Below, piece after piece: positions 56,019-64,000 of a stretch of 64,000 bases of DNA. The stretch lies in contig CM022666.1 of the NCBI GenBank assembly GCA_012295275.1, positions 62,001-126,000 of the forward strand, read 5' to 3'. Source of the stretch: Chrysomallon squamiferum (lineage: Eukaryota; Animalia; Mollusca). Within the stretch, counting starts at the first letter, position 1. Each line of letters opens with the position of its first letter. Both the position numbers and the translations under genes were made by a program. Under the pieces are notes generated by a model, which searched no databases, was not told the origin of the DNA, and worked only from the letters and a program-made list of their open reading frames with translations.

Positions 56019-56763
56019 GTGTGTGTGTGTGCCTGTGTGTGTGTATATATATATATATATAGATAGGTAAACAAACACATACATTCTCATATATAAACAT
56101 ACATACATACATACAACACATTCTGCATCAAATACATTAATGCTTCTTTTAATAAATGAAGGGGTAAAAAATAAGTATTAATTTATGCATGCAATCTAAT
56201 GTTATAAAACTGATAATAGTAGATGATGATATTGTTTCATGCATTGTTTTTCACTTGCTTATTTATTTAATTTATTTTTTCTGTATTTTATTTTCATTTT
56301 GTTTTATTATAATTATTTTATTTTTATTTTTATTTTTATTTTTATTTTTATTTTTATTTATTTGTTCCTTATGATATGTATTATTAATATTAGGACTAAG
56401 TGTGGTAATTGTAGAGATGATAAAAATAATGCTCTTTTTTATTTTTTTTCATTATAATTATTACCATTTTTATATTATTATTATTTTTGTTATTTTTATT
56501 GTTGTTGTTGTTATTATGATCATAATTTTCATAACATCATAACACTGCTTAATATTAGTATAACGACCATTTTATTTTATTTTTTATTTTTTAAACTTTT
56601 ACAGGTTCCCATTCACGGACTCAGCAAAAGTGCCCCACCAACAAGAGCTGGGGGAGAACAAACAAGACGTGGGGGAGAATACACAAGAGGTGGGGGAGAA
56701 CCCAGCAAAGAATGGGTACCTCCAGGTTTCCATGGTATTATAGACAACTATAGCTTTGTGTGA
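38945..56763 (+). CDS. ANKMY1: Ankyrin repeat and MYND domain-containing protein 1 (MORN repeats, ankyrin repeats, MYND finger); two apparent 1-bp deletions in this sequence
   Basis: Exons 38945-39299, 39836-39930, 40304-40449 (frameshift), 40833-41498, 42234-42900 (frameshift), 43426-43597, 44099-44239, 45303-45404, 45938-46045, 46405-46536, 47081-47188, 47715-47880, 48778-48925, 52000-52154, 52896-53011, 56605-56763; candidates 49858-49950 and 53348-53359. MORN ([20 protein letters not shown]), ankyrin ([24 protein letters not shown]) and MYND ([33 protein letters not shown]) occur in the order known for ANKMY1. Confidence 0.93.
41759..41998. repeat. 31-32 bp minisatellite, ~7 copies
   Basis: Unit GACTCATAGGT(G)TTGCAGTAAGCCTTGTTT(G/A)T. 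Confidence 0.92.
44207..44746. repeat. 39/34-bp minisatellite, ~14 copies, first unit is the exon end plus donor
   Basis: Unit GAGCAA(GACAA)ATCTTTTCTTAACTGTACACTAGTAAGT. Confidence 0.96.
46562..46885. repeat. 26-bp minisatellite, ~12 copies
   Basis: Unit CATACATTTGTTAATCTTCATACACA, beginning ~25 nt after the donor at 46537. Confidence 0.92.
48616..48795. repeat. 91-bp direct tandem duplication spanning a splice acceptor
   Basis: AGTTATGTTAGTTAATTGTG..TGTTGCAG|GTGCTAGTCCTAGTTCTG occurs twice; AG ends at 48686 and 48777. Confidence 0.95.
50182..50195. promoter_or_regulatory. RFX X-box match in an ANKMY1 intron
   Basis: GTTACCATGACAAC, near-palindromic X-box. Confidence 0.45.
52166..52512. 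repeat. 31-bp minisatellite, ~11 copies
   Basis: Unit CTGTGTATTACACATTTTAGTCACAGCCGCT, beginning ~11 nt after the MYND-exon donor. Confidence 0.92.
54250..54670. repeat. Highly degenerate ~32-bp tandem repeat
   Basis: Recurring GAGTTG(T/C)CT(C/T)CC(T/A)TAA(C/T)AA-like cores, e.g. at 54280, 54311, 54435, 54559. Confidence 0.65.
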
Positions 56764-57335
56764 TGAATAACAGTAACAACAACAAAAAACAACCCCAATT
56801 AATTATATCATTTTAATTAAAAAAACAAAAATATATATTTATTATCTTCAAATGTGTCAAACCGTATGACTTGTCTTTCAGTAATTATGTAGCTTAAAAT
56901 ATTTATATTCATGTACTGCAATGTAATATCACTTGACAAATTTATTCTTAATTTCCGTTAGTCTGTTGCTAAACCATTTGGTTGTAATACTAGAATGGTA
57001 CAAAATCCATGGATTTATATTGCTTAGTACGTCTCTGAAACATTTGAACTTCCAGTAGATTCATCTTCCTTCATATGTTGCTAAAAAAAAGAATCAAGAT
57101 TTATCTGCTTTAATGTTTTTGTTAAAATATAAACTTTTTTTATCTGTGATATGTTTATTTATTGATATATTATTTTCATAATTATACTTTACATTTATTA
57201 AAAATTTTTTATTAAATATTTGAATCTTTGAAAACAAAAATTATATTAATAAAATCATTTATTTATTTATTTATTTGTAGAAGCCGAACATGACATTTTG
57301 ATCTAAGCATAAAATTACCTTCTGTTCATGTTTGT

Positions 57336-57430
<95 letters not shown>

Positions 57431-58876
57431 TCGCTTTTATAATCATTGTAACATCTGAAGCTAAGACTATAATTTTACATGACAGATTTAATTATGTGCA
57501 TTGCAGTCTATTTCTAAACAGGCAGAGATGAGTTAGTTCAGGATTATGTTATTTAAATGTATGTATACTTTAAAGAATCAGTAGTGACAATAGACAGAAA
57601 CGTCGCACAAACCCATTTATTTTCATTACAATCTAACCACTGCCTAACAGCATGCAGAAGCAAATTCTAAAACCTTTTTTAATTAGACCTGTAAAAATGT
57701 TTAATAGGATAAATGTAACTAATAATTTTTTTAAAAATTCAGTGTTATTTGATAGTCAGTATTTGTTTTAAATCTAAAATCATTTACTGGTTAGTGTTTA
57801 AAAATCATTGGATCATTAGCAAACAAAATGAATTCTAAATAGGTTAGCAAAAAGATTTTATTATCTTTTTCTTGTAATGTTAGAAAACAGTTTTAATTCA
57901 TTGTAAAGAATTTTCAATAAACTTGTAATATATCCCCTGCCAAAAACATAGTTATTTTTCTTATATATTTCTAATTGTAGATATGTAAATACTGAGATAT
58001 TGTGCTTGTACTGGCTCCTGCTATTAAAGTTTTATTTTTTTATCATTTACATTGCTTAAGAGACTACAATTATTTTACTAATTATATGTTTTAATGTAAG
58101 TATTATCTACATTTAAAATATATTTTATTAATTATATGTTCTAATGAAAGTGGTATTTCCAATTTAAAATTTATATTTTATTTTAGCACTATGATTAATT
58201 TTCTGTTGTATTGAAAGCAATATTTGCATATCTTCAAAAAGATACATGCTGAAACTGTTCATTATTTTAAACTTTGCATTTGACCAGGATTTTATATTTC
58301 ATTTATGTACTGAATTACCTGTTATAATATAGATTTTTATTTTAATTATATATGTAAACCAAATATATTATATGTTATATACGTTATGTGAATATTAAAT
58401 ACAACACATATCTGTATTAAATAAATGTTATATTTTATTTTTAATTGTATATCTTGAACAAGTGTTAATGTACTGTGCATAACTATTTAATTAATATTAT
58501 ACATGTATGTTTATTTGGTTACATTTATTTAATATATTTGCTTGATGTACTAACCAATACTTAGATATTACAAAGGCCAATACGTGACCCTACCTGTTAG
58601 AATGAGTCATTTGTATATTTTCTCAGAATGTGTCACATCTATACTTAATGGAATCATTTTGAAAGGTTAATTTAATACTGTTTAAAAGTAATTTTGTAAA
58701 TATCAAAATACTAATTATGAAAAGAGTAATATAACTGATATTGATGGATGGTGTCATATATATTTTTAATTGATTTAATTAATAATAAAATAAATTAAGT
58801 ATTCTCAGGTGACACTTTTGCTAGTCAGCAGATGAATTCATTTATTGTATCTTAATTATTCATTTTATTTATTTAC

Positions 58877-58913
<37 letters not shown>

Positions 58914-59019
58914 ATTATTTACTTTCATGTATCAAAGCTGAAATATATTTAATTATTCCTGTTTCATCGTCTTCATAATTCTTTCTTTTTTCTTCTTCTT
59001 CTTCTTCTTAAAATTATTA

Positions 59020-59067
<48 letters not shown>

Positions 59068-59384
59068 TTTATTAATTTCAATGAAAATCAAAATAGGGAG
59101 AGACCAAAGAATAAGCAAATGTCATATATTGAAAGTTTAAGACATTAATTTTTATTATTTTTTAAAAATTCCTTTTAAAAATTATTTTTCACATGTATAT
59201 ATTAAGCTATATAAATTATTTCTTAAACTGACAAATTATAGTAAACTTATTTAATATAGTAAACACAGCTTAATAGCAACCCAAGATTAAAAGTAACTAT
59301 ATAAGTTATATATGTCTTAGGATCAGTACTCCTCAGTAAACAAATAGGTCTGTATCCTATTCTAATACTGTGACATCTTAAAAT

Positions 59385-59715
59385 TGAAATACTGTAATGC
59401 TGAAATATTTTGAAATTGACATTTTGTGATACTGAAATATTGTAATACTGTGATACCATTATAGTGAAATACTGTAATGCTGAAATACCATAATAGTGAA
59501 ATTCTGTAATGCTGAAATATTTTGAAATTGAAATTTTGTGATACTGAAATATTGTAATACTGAAATATTGTAATACTGTGATACCATAATAGTGAAATAC
59601 TGTAATGCTGAAATACCATAATAGTGAAATTCTGTAATGCTGAAATATTTTGAAATTGAAATTTTGTGATACTGAAATATTGTAATACTAAAATATTGTA
59701 ATACTGTGATAGTGA
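59385..59715. repeat. Compound tandem repeat of TGAAATA(C/T)TGTAAT(G/A)C-like subunits with a ~120-bp higher-order period
   Basis: The block GCTGAAATATTTTGAAATTGA recurs at ~59399, ~59511 and ~59639. Confidence 0.8.
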
Positions 59716-59977
59716 ACTATTATATTGATCTGTTGTTTTGATCTAATATTATAAACATTTATAATACTTAGAACGGTTTGAGTAACTAAACTGACTGACG
59801 TATCTGTTACTCAAACAGCTGCTGATTCATCTATGCATATTACTGCTGAATTTGTAATTTGATTTATATAAACAAAATAAATTTTTATCCTTTTTTTTAA
59901 ACTAAATTTGTTTAATTATTTATTTATTTTACTTATGCTAGGATAATTTCTCAATAAGGTTCTGAATTTGTATTGTA

Positions 59978-60262
59978 TGTGTACTGAATATGTACTGAAC
60001 ATAAATTGAATGTCAGCTGAATATGAACCAATTATCCACTGAATATCTTCTAGAAATGAACCATATATCTACTGAATATATACTGAATGTGTAGTGAACA
60101 TGTACTGAACACATAATGAACATATAATGAACATATACTGAATGTGTATTAATGTCTGCTGAACATGTACCGGAAGTTTAATGAATATGTTGGAACATGC
60201 ACTAAATATGCACTGAACATGAACTGAATATGTACTGAATATGCAGTAAGCACGTACTAAAT
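59978..60262. repeat. Degenerate 12-bp tandem repeat
   Basis: TGAA(T/C)ATGTAC-like units. Confidence 0.7.
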
Positions 60263-61319
60263 GTTATTTGATATTAATTTTAAATTTACAGTTGAATAAA
60301 TTTCACCAAATCTTATGTATGGCTGGAATCTTAATAAAAATCATTTATAATATTGTAACAAATATTTTAATTAGCACAGTATCCTCCACATCTTAAATAT
60401 AAAATAATAAAAATAAAAATACTCTAATCTGGAATTACTCAGTAACCAAACACTTGAAACGAAAATGACAAAATCTTATTTAGCCAATACAGCTTCTAAA
60501 CAACTCTCTAACTGGTTTATTTCTAAACTGTTGTGATGTAAGCACACAGGATACATGCTGATTTAAGCAGAAGTATAAACCTTAATTTATTTAGATATTC
60601 AAATGGTACAAGCTCTTAAATTACTTGCCTATCTAGAGTTAATTACAAAAGCTTTATTTAGAATTAACTGTGAATTGTATCCAAAAAAATCTATTAAAGA
60701 TATTAATAGCAGAAATAAATTAGTTGCTTAATCTAGAGTTAATTGTGGTTCCTATCTACAATAATAGCTAAATATTTCAAAAGAATTATTATTTAGATTA
60801 CTTGGTCTGTTTAGAGATAATTGTACCTTAATACACAACAGCCAAATAACTTATTAAAAAATACTGTCAAATTATTCCATGAAACGTGTTACCAACTAGT
60901 CTAGTAAATTACTGAGAAATCCTTAATGAATATGGACCAGTGACAATGATATCAGTAGTTATGATGTCACAACAGGAATCACAGTATTAGCAGGATGTGC
61001 TAAGTTTTGATTATAAATGTACAGTCTGGAACAAAAATGTAAAAACACACACTCACAGTGCACAATTTATTTTCTGCTGTAATTCCATGTTCATTCTGTA
61101 TTTATATATTTATAAATAAATATTTGGGTAAATAACGTTTTGTTCATGTAACACTTTTATGTATTAAAGTCAAAGTGTGAAATGACAAGATATACTTTGA
61201 TGTAATAAATATATATATAATTTAATAGTGTTGTATTTTTATTTTATGATCATCATCATAATTATTATCACTGTTAATGACAGTAAAACATTGAAAATAA
61301 TGCCTTACGTACATCATTT

Positions 61320-61390
61320 CAGACTGCGCATGGTTTGTAGAGCGTTCGTTTTGCATGTAAAAGGCCCCGGGTTCGATCAGCGGTTTCGCC
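61320..61390 (+). pseudogene. Degenerate tRNA-Ala(TGC) copy (pseudogene or tRNA-derived SINE head)
   Basis: GTAGAGCG-TTCGT-TTTGCAT-GTAAA-AGGCCCCGG-GTTCGATC follows eukaryotic tRNA-Ala(UGC) from the D loop to the B-box. The 5' acceptor strand, anticodon stem and T-stem pairing are broken. Confidence 0.7.
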
Positions 61391-62422
61391 GTGTTACATT
61401 TGTGTATGATTGTTGTTATTATTTATTACAGTCGCAGTCGCTTTTTCATCGTATGTTAAGTTCTTCGGTGTTATTATGCACGAAGCACGTGAATGACGCC
61501 ATCTGGGAAGACATTTGGCGCCCGGGTTGAACTGACTGAAGGGTTGTCGATCTGATCTGACAAGTTTTACAGGTTATAACACAGTTTTAATATCATCACT
61601 GCAAGATTACAAATAAATAAATAAAATAGAATTATGGTTAGGAATATGAATAATTCGAATAATAATAATAATTTTAAAAAGTGTAATTTTGACTGAGCAT
61701 TTAGCTACTTAACAACCTAAAATATAGATGACAGCAAGAAATAAAAATAATGAGCTGTTTGTGTACAATATGCAATAAGTTTTGTCTCGATTACATTTTC
61801 CAATGTTTATCATGCAGAACATGCAATAACATCTGTGTATCTGCAGCTTAATAAAAGTCCACTCAAAAATTCATGATAAATTTCAAAGTAAGATAATTTC
61901 AAGGAAAAGAAATATGTCGCCATTTTATAAAAACATGATGTCTGATGCGTAACTATCATTTCTTCACTTCTATTGCCTCCGGAAGTTTAAATATGACGTC
62001 AATAATAGAAAGAACGTCACTCGCCATCCGCGAAAAGTTGGGTTTTTTTTATCAAACCGGAGAATGATGTTTTAATGTGTTCGATTTACGTTACGCTGGT
62101 AAACTGTTCTAACATTTCGATTGATTTAATATATGTTTGTATATTAATTATCTATAATAATATACGACACAAAGCAATTTTCTCTAGAAGCTAAGAAATA
62201 AACAGAGTAGATATAGTTAGAACGATAGTGTAGGTGGATGGATGGATGGTTCAATGAGAGATAATTAACGCCATCATTACTGCGCATACCAACATATAAA
62301 ATAGAAATAAAAGAGCAAGAAGAAGAAACAAGAACAGACACGAATACGAAAAAATAGCAAAAATAAAATAAAAAAGATCACACGAGAATAAGAAGAAATA
62401 ACATGAATTGGAAGAAATACAA

Positions 62423-62509
<87 letters not shown>

Positions 62510-63146
62510 GCCCTTTGCAAAACATAAATGAATTAAAATTATTTTTACAACAATTTTCGCTTAACCTTTTCTTAGTGAAACAAAAATGTTTTTGTTTTTA
62601 TTACTAAATCAATTTAAACTTTTCTTAATATCAAAAATAATAATAATACTAATGAAAAGGATTTTATAAACAATTCTGTTGTGTGTTTTTCCTATTTAAT
62701 GTTTCCATTAAATATAGAATAAAACCAGTTTAAATTAAATTTTTTGTTTGCTTTGTTTTTACTATTTTCTGTAAATAAATAATAAATCAAAATAAATAAT
62801 TCTACAGATATAGTTTGTCTTTGTGCGCGTTCTATGATAATTTTGTCCTGCCAAAGTTCTAATGTCAACATTATGAACAAATTTAAATTAATTAATATCA
62901 ATAATAATAATAACAATTATTGTTATTATTATTATTATTAAAATCATGATGATGATCCAGGAATGTGAGTGAGCTACACAGGACGCCGTTGCCTCTTTAG
63001 ACACGAATCTTAATTAGAGTTATTTCCCTTATTCTCACTAAAATTTCAGCCATCTTTGTTGAAGTTCAGCTGGAAAAAGCTAAACATTGTATTAAAGTGA
63101 CCTTTTGCATATAGTTTTGGCCATATATTGGCCAGAATCGTAATGC

Positions 63147-63402
63147 ATGCCTCTCTCAAGCACCAACAAGCGTGCTTTAACGGATCAAAATAAAGGAGAC
63201 GACACGCCAAATCATAAACGCCGCAAAAACTGTGATAACCCTACAAGAAACAAGAACTGGCAATCAACAATGACAGACTCTCAAAGAAAGCCGAATTTTT
63301 CTGCTCTTACTACTTCCAGTAATGGAATCAATAGACACGCGTCACCCCTGGCAAACAGCAAGCCAGGATCTGCCAAAAAACTTGTGATAAAAAACTTTAA
63401 AG
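63147..63402 (+). CDS. CUL4: Cullin-4, first coding exon (gene continues beyond the window)
   Basis: Ends in KPGSAKKLVIKNFK, the conserved CUL4 N-terminal motif; basic NLS-like HKRRK; donor g|gttgg at 63402/63403. The window ends in an acceptor-like cttttatacag. Confidence 0.88.
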
Positions 63403-64000
63403 GTTGGAAATAAAAGATCTTAGACTGTTCTATAATTTATATGATTTTTTAATTTTAGAATAAAAATAATCGTAATAATGAATTCTTTCCAAGTTAGAAC
63501 GTACTTTATAAAATTATTACTGTTATAGAAAATTCTTTATTATTTCGTCGGCTGAATTTTTGGTCCGTATAAGTGACGTAAATGGATTACTAATATTTTA
63601 ATTCAGATTTTTTCAATATTTGCCACATTCGTGACATTGCATAGTAATTAGCATTTAGATCGACTTGTATGGTTTTAGTTTCCGAATACAATATATGTGG
63701 GTTTTTTTTCTCTATTCAATATACATTAGTTCTGTTGTAAATTAGAATCAGGTAAATTTGTCAGGTGTTTTCGTGATTAACATAATTGTTAAGACTGTTA
63801 ATCATTCGGAGATTCTGTTTCTTTCCATTTCTTGCTGTACAATTAAGATAAAATTAATTGTTGTTCCAGTGTGTTTTATAATTAATTGTGTATATAAATT
63901 CAGATTGTTTGCTAATCAAGTTTCTGTATTGGACTCAGCCCTAAAACCTGTGTCTATATTCCTGTCTCTGGGAAGGCACACATATATTCCTTTTATACAG

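Noticed and set aside
38945-56763. ANKMY1 as a pseudogene
   Set aside because: Only two 1-bp deletions, both explicable in homopolymer runs; all other exons, splice sites and motifs are intact, so sequencing error is more parsimonious (unverified).
61320-61390. Functional tRNA-Ala gene
   Set aside because: Acceptor, anticodon and T stems cannot pair properly and the A-box is degenerate.

Overview
AT-rich, microsatellite-dense animal genomic DNA with GT-AG introns. Gene content suggests a mollusc, probably a gastropod (inference). Six protein-coding loci were reconstructed by hand. (1) A minus-strand secreted PAN/Apple + EGF-like + 3xCCP + GON-domain gene (2198-15037). (2) An intronless clan-2 cytochrome P450 (10202-11686) nested on the same strand in intron 4 of gene 1; that intron also holds a 2.9-kb 16-bp minisatellite. 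(3) A divergent alpha-type nicotinic acetylcholine receptor subunit (22345-27353, -). (4) A small Ig-like, probably GPI-anchored protein (30599-34563, -). (5) ANKMY1 (38945-56763, +), with two single-base homopolymer frameshifts. (6) The first coding exon of cullin-4 (63147-63402, +). Also present are a degenerate tRNA-Ala copy, a MITE-like inverted repeat and RFX X-boxes. Most noteworthy: nearly every unit of the 16-bp array carries the let-7 8mer site CTACCTCA; several tandem arrays are amplifications of exon-intron junctions; an inverted orphan copy of one exon keeps both splice sites; and a 13-bp motif recurs at the 5' ends of three unrelated genes. No prokaryotic features or CRISPR arrays were found.
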